Positions 27,701 to 36,387 of a stretch of DNA of 64,000 nucleotides are shown piece after piece. Under the pieces are notes generated by a model, which saw only the letters and a list, made by a program, of their open reading frames with translations, searched no databases and was not told the origin of the DNA. The position numbers and the translations under genes are program-made. The DNA lies in the IMG/VR virus record IMGVR_UViG_3300025655_000024, positions 1 to 64,000 of that record; one strand, written 5' to 3'. The stretch's first letter is position 1; each line of letters starts with the position of its first letter. The DNA is from a virus.

Positions 27701-30560
27701 ATTTCAACCCGTTTTTGACAACAGCCTTTGCTTTGTCTGTGGTGCTTTGTCGCATATTGTTGAGTGTCGCATAATCACTTTCGGTGGCGTTTGTCATTGA
27801 ACCGTATTTGCTCGCTATTTCATAGCCATTCTCCAATGCAACCGACCAATCACCCGTCTTTTTGATTTTGTAAAGGGGCTGAGAATCCACTAAATCAATG
27901 GTAGTGGGAGAGGATAGGGTGATTGTGGGACAAGCCCGATAAAGCAGGGTATCTGTGGCTATGTCTTTGTCCAAATTGAGCAAAAACATTCGTGAAAATC
28001 TGTATGAACCAAGTGTTGAAGGGGCATAAGCACCACGCCACAAACGACCAAAAATTTCCGACACACTGTTCATCAACACATTGGGGTTGGGGGCATAGGT
28101 GTAGTCGCCAATCGTTCCACTGACCGCACCCAACGCTTCAGGAGAAACGGTTGTCACGCCATCAGCATTTGCGTCATAAACCTCAAGGTCAATGCCCGCA
28201 TCAAAATCACTGCTCGTGTAATCAACACCCGTTGGTTTGCCATTATAGCGAATATCGCCACCAATTCCACCACTCACCGTAATTATGTCGCCCGCTAAAT
28301 AGCCCGAACCTGCTGATGCTAAATTTACGGTTGCCTTGACGATAGCACCATTGAAGGTCACAATGTCCACCGTCATACCGACTCCCGATCCCGAAGTCGT
28401 TGTAGCCACACCTATACCGTCGCTATACCCCGTTCCTCCGATGAGCAATTCAATAACCTCATAATTCACTTTGCGAATAAAAATGATAGTCCCCGCATAA
28501 AGAGCAATTGTTTGATTATCCACCAATTCAATGGATGACCCATTGATATAACCAACCGTTCCAATTTCAACATTGGTTGAAGTGACAACAACATCACCAA
28601 CCGCAAATTCTCCACTCAATGCCGAGAACACCAAGTGATTGTGAGTCGTAGTTAATCCAAGTGAAGCCCTGTGCAATTCATCGGTTGCGGTGAGTGCCAC
28701 CAATGGATCTTCCTGCAATTTTATCGTCGTTGCATTCGGAACATTGTCAATAAGGCCGACGAATTCACCACTTGGACTCCACACTTCTTGTCCCGCCGCA
28801 AATTTGGTGGTGGCATCCGTTCCTGTGACGGTTAAGGTTCTCCCTGATCGGCTTACGAAATCAACACCCGTATTTTGAATTGCACCCAACAATTCCAATC
28901 CTGTGGTTCGGTGGGTTGGCCCTAATGCCCGCAACCCCATAGAGTGAATACCGCTAACACCATCAACAACACCAACACTTTGTCCGTCTTTGGTGTAAAT
29001 CGTATCACCAATTTCAAAGTGGTCGCCAAACGCTGTGTTTGGAGTCATGGCGTTGAATTGGGACACACCCGCACTCAATGTTGCGTTGGTGCTGACATAG
29101 CACTCCGTTTCTTTCAAAACAAATTCATCCAATTCTGTTCCGAATTCAACATCGTCAAGCAATAATTCATCATCGGCTAAAGCCGTTCTTTGATCGTTTA
29201 GCCCTGTCCATTGAAATGGGTCGGATGCCACTTCACCCATGATAACCGGGCCGTCAAAGGGCATATCAGGCGGTGGTAAATCGGGCAATACGCACGAATT
29301 CAATCCTTCAATGGAGAATCGGCTATACCCGTGTCCACTCAAAGCGGATGGTTGTGCGCCCCGTGATTCGTGCGTAATGTCGGGCAACCCCATGTTCCCA
29401 CCATCCATCGGCTTAGCGGTGAGATACCACACAGGAAGTGGCGCACCAAGACCTTGAACGATTGGGCCACCGTTTGCTGTTCCCCAATACCCACCGCCTG
29501 TCGGCGTGTCACTTTCCCATGACACCACGACAGTGTGCTGTTGTTCTGTTTCATTGTGGATTGTCCATGTTGGTTCGGATCCCAACACGCCATCAAAATC
29601 ATAGGCGGTGTTGTAGGCATACACATTGAAAGCGATTTGACCTGTTTGATTTAATGAGCCAAAATTTGAATCGGCAATCACTTCCCACGAATCGTAATAG
29701 AGGATGTATTCATTGGATGAAATAGTCGTTGTCAATTTGCCCTTTTGTGGTATGTCGGTTGGCAAACGCACCGTAGGTGCATTGTTGAGGGCTTCGCCAA
29801 TATACAATTCATCAAATGACATCAGCACTTTTCCAAGCCGAATTGGGTCACTGTCACTTAGGTCAGTCGCCAAATCCTCTTTCAAATACACCTTTGTGCC
29901 TCTCACTTCAAGGACTGTTCCAACAAAACGACTGTTTGCACCTGCGGTGTATAACTTGTCACCGGGATGGATAGTGCTGAGAACCAAGTCGTTGCCCGAC
30001 GATTCTTTCAAGGTGATGTAATTTGCTGAACCCTTTGCTTGATTACCATTGGCTTCCCACTGCAAAGAACCCCCTTCGCCCCCTGTCAAAAAGCCGAGAG
30101 GATTCCAATTTACACCTTCGTAATTGGCTCGCCCTGACATTGATTGGTATTTGGCTCGCAAATATCGCCCCCGTGAATGCGACCCTGTTTGATTCGCACG
30201 AGATGAATTGATAGCGGATGCAATCATCATCGCCGCCTCTTTTGACCCTAAATCATAGGTCAATGACGACGAGGCGGCACTCGCCGCATCACTCGCACGC
30301 TTCAAATCAATCACATAGAAATTGTCACCGTTGCTATATGTGCCAACGGAGTCATTCGCCAAATTTGTTCGCACCAAAAAGTGCATACCGAGAGCGTTGC
30401 CACCACCCGCCCAAGTGAAAGTGGTCGCATCTGTATATTCGGTGTCAGGATAAGTGAAATGGAGGCTGAAATAGCCACTTGGGGGTCGTGCGTCATCACT
30501 CCCCATAGTGCGTGTGTCGGCAGGGTAGTCCTGTCGCTTGAACGCACTCACCTCAGCCAT
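21717..30560 (-). CDS. Giant (2947 aa) tail tip/host-attachment protein
   Basis: G/S/T-rich with repeated beta modules; hub-like C-terminal region (IKPGEIIRV...FVVFEV). Confidence 0.75.
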   Translation of the reverse strand: MAEVSAFKRQDYPADTRTMGSDDARPPSGYFSLHFTYPDTEYTDATTFTWAGGGNALGMHFLVRTNLANDSVGTYSNGDNFYVIDLKRASDAASAASSSLTYDLGSKEAAMMIASAINSSRANQTGSHSRGRYLRAKYQSMSGRANYEGVNWNPLGFLTGGEGGSLQWEANGNQAKGSANYITLKESSGNDLVLSTIHPGDKLYTAGANSRFVGTVLEVRGTKVYLKEDLATDLSDSDPIRLGKVLMSFDELYIGEALNNAPTVRLPTDIPQKGKLTTTISSNEYILYYDSWEVIADSNFGSLNQTGQIAFNVYAYNTAYDFDGVLGSEPTWTIHNETEQQHTVVVSWESDTPTGGGYWGTANGGPIVQGLGAPLPVWYLTAKPMDGGNMGLPDITHESRGAQPSALSGHGYSRFSIEGLNSCVLPDLPPPDMPFDGPVIMGEVASDPFQWTGLNDQRTALADDELLLDDVEFGTELDEFVLKETECYVSTNATLSAGVSQFNAMTPNTAFGDHFEIGDTIYTKDGQSVGVVDGVSGIHSMGLRALGPTHRTTGLELLGAIQNTGVDFVSRSGRTLTVTGTDATTKFAAGQEVWSPSGEFVGLIDNVPNATTIKLQEDPLVALTATDELHRASLGLTTTHNHLVFSALSGEFAVGDVVVTSTNVEIGTVGYINGSSIELVDNQTIALYAGTIIFIRKVNYEVIELLIGGTGYSDGIGVATTTSGSGVGMTVDIVTFNGAIVKATVNLASAGSGYLAGDIITVSGGIGGDIRYNGKPTGVDYTSSDFDAGIDLEVYDANADGVTTVSPEALGAVSGTIGDYTYAPNPNVLMNSVSEIFGRLWRGAYAPSTLGSYRFSRMFLLNLDKDIATDTLLYRACPTITLSSPTTIDLVDSQPLYKIKKTGDWSVALENGYEIASKYGSMTNATESDYATLNNMRQSTTDKAKAVVKNGLKSENTTISTSTSPFVGSLGYVSRPYRVTRTVSTERVRGLYVPNEERVWDSISVVDDKGQELILEGGSPFGTVIKDFTYKQTRLNPNTGTETPLPSTVGSGIEPNLEINLPSQDEIPGNIIVRSGHDRVQAWNNLTWGMGGLSAPTSGLAGDAESSTKDVQVTAFDTHDRVLHFHAVRIIHDKMESQFGLTLNTTAGGVPSGTTRLFAAHRLSDHVERGSVLLDTNNGADGSYLHPHHRIRFGRQGHSFVAPLTTRGTPMALRRQLHRSHGSAYSLLFEAETEHKHWGFQSAYNGGIDPPSATVYYLDTLEVKSEAYNTGSFASDGFPMSEIKNAGLPNWRRYDGATPHDQIDLLFAPGQLHTKVEGATEQAQWVSAYYSQNSAAFGPYGSAATSGPIALTVGSRTVNNRHNAGEEFAMNGFMLSQYMLMGGRPNPAWIQNGFEASDGLHTYYSLTGHPAGWRTARVGTELATVPPLIAHDPEMVNMSAVPVANVESPSSSGDFDAEDSHADLALVSSSDTNSNAIPDAFLCTWLAEYSHPALLGTSREQYMTFRYREAGMPNAVYQPSVRGLYLRNAPATDTGSVDKGMAFERIYAFQWLQQYGYNGLNAGGHGTNWGQRSASAVLMGHTGLREPHGTLELRQHFVLRGASTRYSRGEGIGDGLNPRKAITKWVLDKDTTNSYEWNEMTVVQNPMVAVDLSRRLPVRAFGFKGASDALNMLAGDPAETSSSMDAILRSARFDGGKHDSMNDLPTGGDWAWGDSTYTGIERTVPIGMVISQHTNEGIGREGFNRLSNTPWTEAETRVGMGRVLQDETLGMVSHRAMPSGVVDAHRTEFATITGSSAKFLQAKSMNTGLDPIIGLNHHSGDRTKAANSVEAVYQASEFGASVGSEFYHHKGNNLHLNAHPVDVKINGDTDNQHFPAVGWGTNLNMKDKGEAERGTLPIPLHEIADHRQVQSDVAPRLGLSVETHSEYLTGENSDYVVTSTKAVSLHSDLAVGQVFPITPSWVQDTRWTKYGGSEGSITTDASRPDETYGGQSNPNQKVAKPKWSLNEDMDLAAVSNPFSDDILQANGVGVRDHWAVRGSADLPAWGGVFILRKTWLERPENTDALRSKQGGKNAAIKSQVAQPVRKYADYIVRMVRPLKVFGYTTKNDSDGNDMNQDGWLLGPYSTVTQAGSKDQPYTRDKRYGMFETTTTSQIGDIQGISSPYDSAPTIEWPDANNRDVVWHLIPSANMLQHFKADASRKDAEGRIVPLVEARYSQSTHAGGGEYISQTETVYATDDTVVVNPYLKRDKDANAVVKQPSTAMLALGAKAVIKFDAKSASPSKIVVDDATSFAQSGVLVIIGLTGQITYTSRTHNTFDGLTLTFQCASADLTGYTVRAGKNTGSAVSKIENIAPTSLGLVVLPSLVDNAVSVGKLLSDKWDATTSDDSAIINTNMGYRGIGHYNPSDFFMLSAQTFVLNDGQNTGLISYKRNAGTGGMSKVYVDGTEMIPSRFPPYLIDATNQKWRIAKAQNNEGDGDFYDTFLTFKNLTENSLSASGMEINSVRLGHFMGVGLRTTDAALLLMKDIIKSIPGIDLEKFRVFLEQKTTDAGVYADYSSAHHSTEVARQAFLFAHPNLRDAMLHSHHFISRKTRGIGIMDALRDLSRIDGYQLSLSEEGLLIYSPNIFIDMGRRVGTSSGPRNISVSQMLEMANQVIVEGDEIAINETVRASVKDLERMKRMGGVGDDEGVERTLKTKVLGVKERSVALRLAKGLLRRTEQGSALIRVEGLIKCSDIKPGEIIRVDFTAEAIKGEFVVFEVFNDYNTGLTDIVMGQYEKGIEGLLADLQTSTSTTSDDDATRTDEQIDITLNAPIQVISAHRVMTRFVNGTRLLIGGRWRGEPTTNQLGVIGVRGGDTGVLINNGGGYATSTTTMTVDGVDATERFAQHDAVLNANHEVIGYINSVTATTITLKAGSLVAVSDNERLRVSSSRQLPIGHSKSRFYEVK

Positions 30561-30561
30561 G

Positions 30562-33500
30562 TCAATCCCACACCGTTAGAGCATTATACAATTCCGTCAC
30601 TTCGTCAGCGGTAAAAGCCTTTTTCCATAGAGCAATATCAGCAAGACCGCCTTTGAAATAAATGGGGTCTGTGTTATTTGATGTTCCACTGTGATGTCGC
30701 CCGTAAAAATATGTCCCCGATACGCTGTAAGAGTGCAAAGCAGTGCCGATGGTGAGCATATTGGTGTTCCTTCCATAAAATCCGCTTGAAAGGGCAACAC
30801 CCTTCTGTAAATCGTCATTGTTGTTCAAAGCGACTATGTTTTTGGTTGTTAGGGTAATTGCGGTTGCCGTCAAAGAGGCGACGACCCCAACAACATTCCC
30901 ACTTGGGTCAAACACTGCATCACCGATGCTAAATTGGGTGGTTGCATCAACCGTATCAACGACAATAGTGACATTTTCGCCCGCTGTGTAGCCACCTGAT
31001 TTGTTCACAAGGACACCCGATGCTGTCACATGAGGAACACCAATGGCGGTTGGCAAATGTGGGCTGTTTCCTGCTGTTCCGTTGCGGTATGATGACGAAT
31101 CAATGTTCCCCAATTGTGTCACGCTTGACCCCAAACCACTCAATTCTTGAACACCGTTCACGAATACAGAAGCGGTTGGGTATGTTCCTGTTCTCGCCAC
31201 CACAACATGATGCCATGCGTCTTTGGGCAAAGGTGCGAGAAGCGTAATCCTGTAATCCGATTGGCTTCCCAAAGCCTGTGCTGTTCTCACCAAAATAATC
31301 ACATCCATCATGTTTGGGTCAATTGCATTTTCTTTGGTTTCAATGCCCACGCCAAATGTCCCGTTGTTCGTGTCAATGCCTTGAATGACAGGCCCATTTC
31401 CATAGGCTTCGCTTGTCCACGAACCTGTGTTGGGTTTAGCCGAGAACAAAAATGACACCGACCAATCGTCATTGACGGCATCAATGATAGGAACACGCAA
31501 TTGTGGGCTTTGACCCATCCCTGCGGATTGTTTGTGAAGGGATATGGCGGCGTTATCCGCTGTCGCTAAGTCAATTCCTTTTGATTCGGGATCAACGCTA
31601 ATGGGTGCATCCACCCCATCAATAGCCGATGCTGAAAAATTGCCGTAGGCGAGCAATTTGCGACCAAAGAGGGTTTCAAGAACCAATTCTTTCCCGTCTG
31701 TTCCGTGATTTGTGCTGAATAGTCCACCTTCATTCAAGCGTGCATAAAACAAGCAATCGTTGTCCATCGTATGTGCTAAATTGTCAGCAACGCCTGATGA
31801 AACGAGAGTGTATTTTCCATGCAATCCACGATATGTGTTTTCTTTGACGGTATCGCTATTCTTCAATTTGGTGAAATCCAATACGGCGGCGGATGTTTGA
31901 ACCTCTTGAAGATTTTGAAAGCCACTATACCCCGTTGGGCCTTGAGAATAATGGTGAGTGTAAAAGTCCGAATAATCGTTGTCTGTTCCATCGCTGATGT
32001 CAAAGACCGTTCCTGTGTGTCCACCACCAAAGAACAGAATACCGTGTGCATCAGGCAAAGGATAGACGATTTTGATGACCGCCTCTTTGCTATTGCCTTC
32101 GCGATCCACAAACAATTCAGTCCACTTCTTTGTTAGGTCGTCATCAAGGGGTCTTACCGTTCCCAAAAAACAGCACGCACCGACTCCATTTACACGGCAC
32201 TGCGTTGCCCCAATGTTCGCTACGATATTTTCAAAAGTCCCTATCAAAGCATCATCAACGACAATATAACCGAGATTTGAAGATGAGGTGTTTTGTGATA
32301 AACGGCTGATAACATCCAATGCCTTTCTTTCAACGGCAATATGCGGGAATGAATTCGTGTCATAAACGGGCCAAAAGTCGCCATCCTTTTGACGAGCGTT
32401 TTTGACTGATTTGATGATGAATTCGCTTCCGATTCCGTTGTAGGTTCGCAAATTACCACCACCATCCTCCACCCGCCCGTGAACACCGCCCTGAAATGTG
32501 GTAATCGGAATGTGTGTTTCACCATCCATGCCCAATGGCAAAGGGGCGGCAAAGGATGAAGCCTGATATGACCGACTGTTTGTAGCCAACAAACCACCGT
32601 GTCCTATTGCTTGAATAGGGCGATAAGGATAAGGACTGTTGTTGTGAAGCCATAGGGCGAAATTGCGACCTGTTGCACCCGGAATAGTGCTGTGTATAAC
32701 AATAGATATGCCCACTTCTCCATCACGGCTCTCCACTTCTTGTCCAATAAATGCACGCACATACCCCATGTGTGTTCCTGTATCAAGACTTGACACTGTT
32801 TCTGTTCCATCGGTTTCGGTGAATAATTGTGGTGGATTGAAGGCACTTCCACCGTTGGTATTTTTTGCATTGGGATGACCTGCTTGATTGATGAGTCGGG
32901 TGATTTCATTGACACCTTCTTTGAAATTACTGACATTTTTTGAATTGGCAACCGTTCCAAGGTTTATATGGAGTGGGCGAACATGGTCTAAGGTTTCATC
33001 ATTACGCTTGCCTTTTAGAGCAAAATGTCCTGTTCGGCATTCAACAGGTGGTTGAAGCGGGAAGTCGTCATCACCAAACAAATGGTTGCTCGGATCAAAA
33101 GAGAAGCCTTCCATTGTTGGCCCTTTGTTAATTAACAGCCGTGAGTCGTCTGTTGGGTCAATGCAAATCGCTGTTTTGTTGTCGGATGTTGAACGCCCCA
33201 AACACAAAGCATAGCGCATTGGGTCAATGAACGCTTGGGCCATTGTGCTATTGCTCGTTCCAACCGTAGCGGAGAAGCCCGTGAGTGCCTTGACTGTGCC
33301 GTTGTAATGAAAATCATCATCCGATAGCCAACAACCCATCACAACGGGCAAACCGATAATGAATTGGTCTTGCACTTCACTCAATGTTGCGTCTTTATCA
33401 GCCCAATCGTGCCACGAATCAAAATATAGACGATGGCTCAATCCTTCAATTGACACTTTATACACACGGACACGGATTCCGCCCGTGTCGTTTATCACGC

Positions 33501-36384
33501 CTTCTCCAATCGTGACAGCGAATCCGTTGTCGCCGTTTGGTGTCGCACCCGCCGCCCCAAACGACCAATACGGTGAACCCAACGGTGTGTTGTTCACCAA
33601 TGCTTCAGGTATGCCTGTCCTAAGCGTGATGTTTGTTGATGTCACGCTTGACACAACGCCAAGGAGTGAACCTGTGTTGTGGTTATACACTTCGTCACCG
33701 GGTTTGAATTGGGTGGTTGCATCAACCGTATCAACCGTAAGGCTCGTTTGACCGATGGGATGACCACTCAAAGCATTGATTAACACACCTGTGCTTGTGG
33801 TGTTGTAATTCGGAACATCAATTCCACTTTCTTGAATAAACGGCTGAACATCATCAACCTCAATGTAAGCATCCGTGTAGGCTGAACCTCCTGTGGCGGT
33901 GGTTTCACCGCCTGAATATGTTCCCAATTTCAAATATGACGATGCGTTTTCTCGCATAAAACGAATGATTGTTCGCCCCGCAACCATGCTATAATTGTGG
34001 ACTTTGAAGGATGAAACCTCCCCTCGCAACCCCCAATCAATCGCCCACCGATTCTCATAATTTTGCATTTGTGGGCGATTAACAGCCGACATGGTGCAAT
34101 CAACAACGATTTCCATTGACTTATCGCTCGGTAGTGGACTCCTTCGGTATTCACTATCAGGCAAAATTTGCTCAATGTCATAGAACATTGAGGGGAACAA
34201 CGGCAATTCAACCAATGCTCTCGTTGATGCGTAATAGGTGGAGGTTTGCCTGTCGTTTCGCACCGATGGGTTGTTTGTCCCAATCACCTTATCCTTCCAC
34301 ACAGGCAATTTGCTGTGTTCTGTTCGCACAGGGGCAACATCAATACCGCCTTGCCCCAAACCACCAAGTGTGATGCTCACGGTTGGCGATCCCAAATCAC
34401 CGATTTCTTTGATTGGGAAGCCTTCATTCAAATCAAAATCCCTTTCGCTAATTTTGTCCGTAATGTCAATCAATTGTGAACGACCACGAAGGGCTACGCC
34501 TCCACTTGACATATCACCACTCACAGGATTGATTTCCTCAACACGCCCTCGCATCAAGGTCATTTCAATTGTGCAATTGTGATATGAATTGACTCCGTTT
34601 TGCTGAGTGTAAATAGTGTTGAGGGTCTTTGTTCTGTTCCTGTTTGACGGATGAATTAACAACAAATGACGGTCTGCCTCAACGATGTTATCAATGATGT
34701 CAAATTGTTCGTAATTGACAGGTTGCATGAATGGGTTGTCATTGTCGTTAAGTGTGTCCTTGTTTTTGTTTGATGATTGAATGGTGATGGTGTGGTAAAT
34801 GCTGTCATTTTTGTCAGTGATTGAGCGTGTGTTGCTGATGGCGATTGGAGAACCATACCCATCGTCACGAATGCGGTTGCCCGCAATTGTTTCTTGAATG
34901 ACGGTGTGAGCGCAATTTTCAACATTGACGAATGGCGAAATTGCCAAATCCCCCGTGGGATTTGCCCGCAACGAGTGGTTGGTTAAACCTGATTGAAAAT
35001 CCTTTGAGGGTATGGCGATGAGTCCACCCGGTGCGTGCAGGGTGAGAGCATCCCATGTGGGCGGTGAACCAAATTGGTCGGCTGTGTAAGGTCGCCTAAT
35101 CCAATCCAAAATAGACCGATATACAGGGTAGCCATTGGAGTTATCAACGAACACCGTATTGGTATCGGGCATGGTTTTTTCAACAATCAACCAACCTTTC
35201 TTTGACATGGTGTTGATACCGTCAATGTCGTTTCGGTATGTTTGAGCATGGGATGCGGGTGTGAACCACGAATTGTTGCCTTTCCACCCCGCAACCAATT
35301 CACCTGTTGGATCAATGGCGTTGTAATAGATGAGAATTTGTGGTGGCCCTCCTGCATTACGGAGGGCTTGTGGGGTTTCCAACACAGCAATTCGGCTCTC
35401 CTTCTCAGGAGTGACATGACGAACATAATTTTCGTTTGTTGGCTTGGTTGGGTCAATCATGTCAAACAAAGCATCCTCATCGGTGTCCAAGCCTTTTAAT
35501 GAGAACGGGCGAATGTCCTCCACAGCGATAGCCACCATCGTGTCTTGTGACGACGACACTACATTCCCGTAGGTCGTATCAATGAAAGAATTGCCACCTT
35601 GAGCAACAATAGCGTGCTTAACGATGCTCGTGCCGACTGTTGTATATGTGCTGACTTGTGATGAGGTTTGCACATTCAATGCTTCACCAACAAACACACG
35701 CTCGGTCACTTTGACCCTTTCATTTTGAGTCACCAATGTTTTCGCATACGGATCTTCGTATTGGCTTTCAAATTGGTCGGCTAAACCTTGAACAGTGCGT
35801 TTAACAGACTCAATTTTTGGTTGAGGCAATTGCTTCAAAAAGAAGTGACCCTCCACACGATTGTAGGTTGTCAAACCACACATACCTGCAATATCCGTTG
35901 TTGGCTCAATGACATTACCTGATACCGATGTGAATTCATCACCCGTCGCAGGTGGGTTGCCACTTCCGAAAATTGTGATGGATGGCACACCGTTGAATGC
36001 GGCGGTGATGTCACCTGACGAGAGGATGGTTGAACCTCCGTTTGCATGAAGAAAGAAATAATCATCCAAGTCACTAACCGTGTGTGTTGGAGGTTGAGGC
36101 GGGGCGAGCATATTCGCACTGAAATTAGCCAACATAGAAGCCTGTAAAGCCGAACCCGTAGCCAAACCTTTGGTGACAAGCCAACGGATTGTATGATAAG
36201 CCGAAATTGCCGCCTCGTTTTGAAAAATTTCAATCGGTGGGCCTGAATAGCCGGGAAGAATTGGCACAAGCGTAATCGGCCCACCTTGAGCCAAATTGTT
36301 CACGGCATTCGTCAATTCCGTAGTCGCTGTTCCCGAATCGGTAGCGATAGCCGTGAGGATGAGTGTTTCTGTCAATTCAGTCAT
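30562..36384 (-). CDS. Large (1940 aa) tail protein with C-terminal LamG/concanavalin-like domain
   Basis: WSVSF, AWHHVVVAR, FVNG, FKGGLADIALWKKAFTADEVTELY. Confidence 0.75.
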   Translation of the reverse strand: MTELTETLILTAIATDSGTATTELTNAVNNLAQGGPITLVPILPGYSGPPIEIFQNEAAISAYHTIRWLVTKGLATGSALQASMLANFSANMLAPPQPPTHTVSDLDDYFFLHANGGSTILSSGDITAAFNGVPSITIFGSGNPPATGDEFTSVSGNVIEPTTDIAGMCGLTTYNRVEGHFFLKQLPQPKIESVKRTVQGLADQFESQYEDPYAKTLVTQNERVKVTERVFVGEALNVQTSSQVSTYTTVGTSIVKHAIVAQGGNSFIDTTYGNVVSSSQDTMVAIAVEDIRPFSLKGLDTDEDALFDMIDPTKPTNENYVRHVTPEKESRIAVLETPQALRNAGGPPQILIYYNAIDPTGELVAGWKGNNSWFTPASHAQTYRNDIDGINTMSKKGWLIVEKTMPDTNTVFVDNSNGYPVYRSILDWIRRPYTADQFGSPPTWDALTLHAPGGLIAIPSKDFQSGLTNHSLRANPTGDLAISPFVNVENCAHTVIQETIAGNRIRDDGYGSPIAISNTRSITDKNDSIYHTITIQSSNKNKDTLNDNDNPFMQPVNYEQFDIIDNIVEADRHLLLIHPSNRNRTKTLNTIYTQQNGVNSYHNCTIEMTLMRGRVEEINPVSGDMSSGGVALRGRSQLIDITDKISERDFDLNEGFPIKEIGDLGSPTVSITLGGLGQGGIDVAPVRTEHSKLPVWKDKVIGTNNPSVRNDRQTSTYYASTRALVELPLFPSMFYDIEQILPDSEYRRSPLPSDKSMEIVVDCTMSAVNRPQMQNYENRWAIDWGLRGEVSSFKVHNYSMVAGRTIIRFMRENASSYLKLGTYSGGETTATGGSAYTDAYIEVDDVQPFIQESGIDVPNYNTTSTGVLINALSGHPIGQTSLTVDTVDATTQFKPGDEVYNHNTGSLLGVVSSVTSTNITLRTGIPEALVNNTPLGSPYWSFGAAGATPNGDNGFAVTIGEGVINDTGGIRVRVYKVSIEGLSHRLYFDSWHDWADKDATLSEVQDQFIIGLPVVMGCWLSDDDFHYNGTVKALTGFSATVGTSNSTMAQAFIDPMRYALCLGRSTSDNKTAICIDPTDDSRLLINKGPTMEGFSFDPSNHLFGDDDFPLQPPVECRTGHFALKGKRNDETLDHVRPLHINLGTVANSKNVSNFKEGVNEITRLINQAGHPNAKNTNGGSAFNPPQLFTETDGTETVSSLDTGTHMGYVRAFIGQEVESRDGEVGISIVIHSTIPGATGRNFALWLHNNSPYPYRPIQAIGHGGLLATNSRSYQASSFAAPLPLGMDGETHIPITTFQGGVHGRVEDGGGNLRTYNGIGSEFIIKSVKNARQKDGDFWPVYDTNSFPHIAVERKALDVISRLSQNTSSSNLGYIVVDDALIGTFENIVANIGATQCRVNGVGACCFLGTVRPLDDDLTKKWTELFVDREGNSKEAVIKIVYPLPDAHGILFFGGGHTGTVFDISDGTDNDYSDFYTHHYSQGPTGYSGFQNLQEVQTSAAVLDFTKLKNSDTVKENTYRGLHGKYTLVSSGVADNLAHTMDNDCLFYARLNEGGLFSTNHGTDGKELVLETLFGRKLLAYGNFSASAIDGVDAPISVDPESKGIDLATADNAAISLHKQSAGMGQSPQLRVPIIDAVNDDWSVSFLFSAKPNTGSWTSEAYGNGPVIQGIDTNNGTFGVGIETKENAIDPNMMDVIILVRTAQALGSQSDYRITLLAPLPKDAWHHVVVARTGTYPTASVFVNGVQELSGLGSSVTQLGNIDSSSYRNGTAGNSPHLPTAIGVPHVTASGVLVNKSGGYTAGENVTIVVDTVDATTQFSIGDAVFDPSGNVVGVVASLTATAITLTTKNIVALNNNDDLQKGVALSSGFYGRNTNMLTIGTALHSYSVSGTYFYGRHHSGTSNNTDPIYFKGGLADIALWKKAFTADEVTELYNALTVWD
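30932..33735. repeat. 29-bp exact direct repeat (30932-30960 and 33707-33735) in duplicated protein modules
   Basis: aattgggtggttgcatcaaccgtatcaac at both sites, encoding VDTVDATTQ(F) on the - strand. Confidence 0.85.
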
Positions 36385-36387
36385 TCA

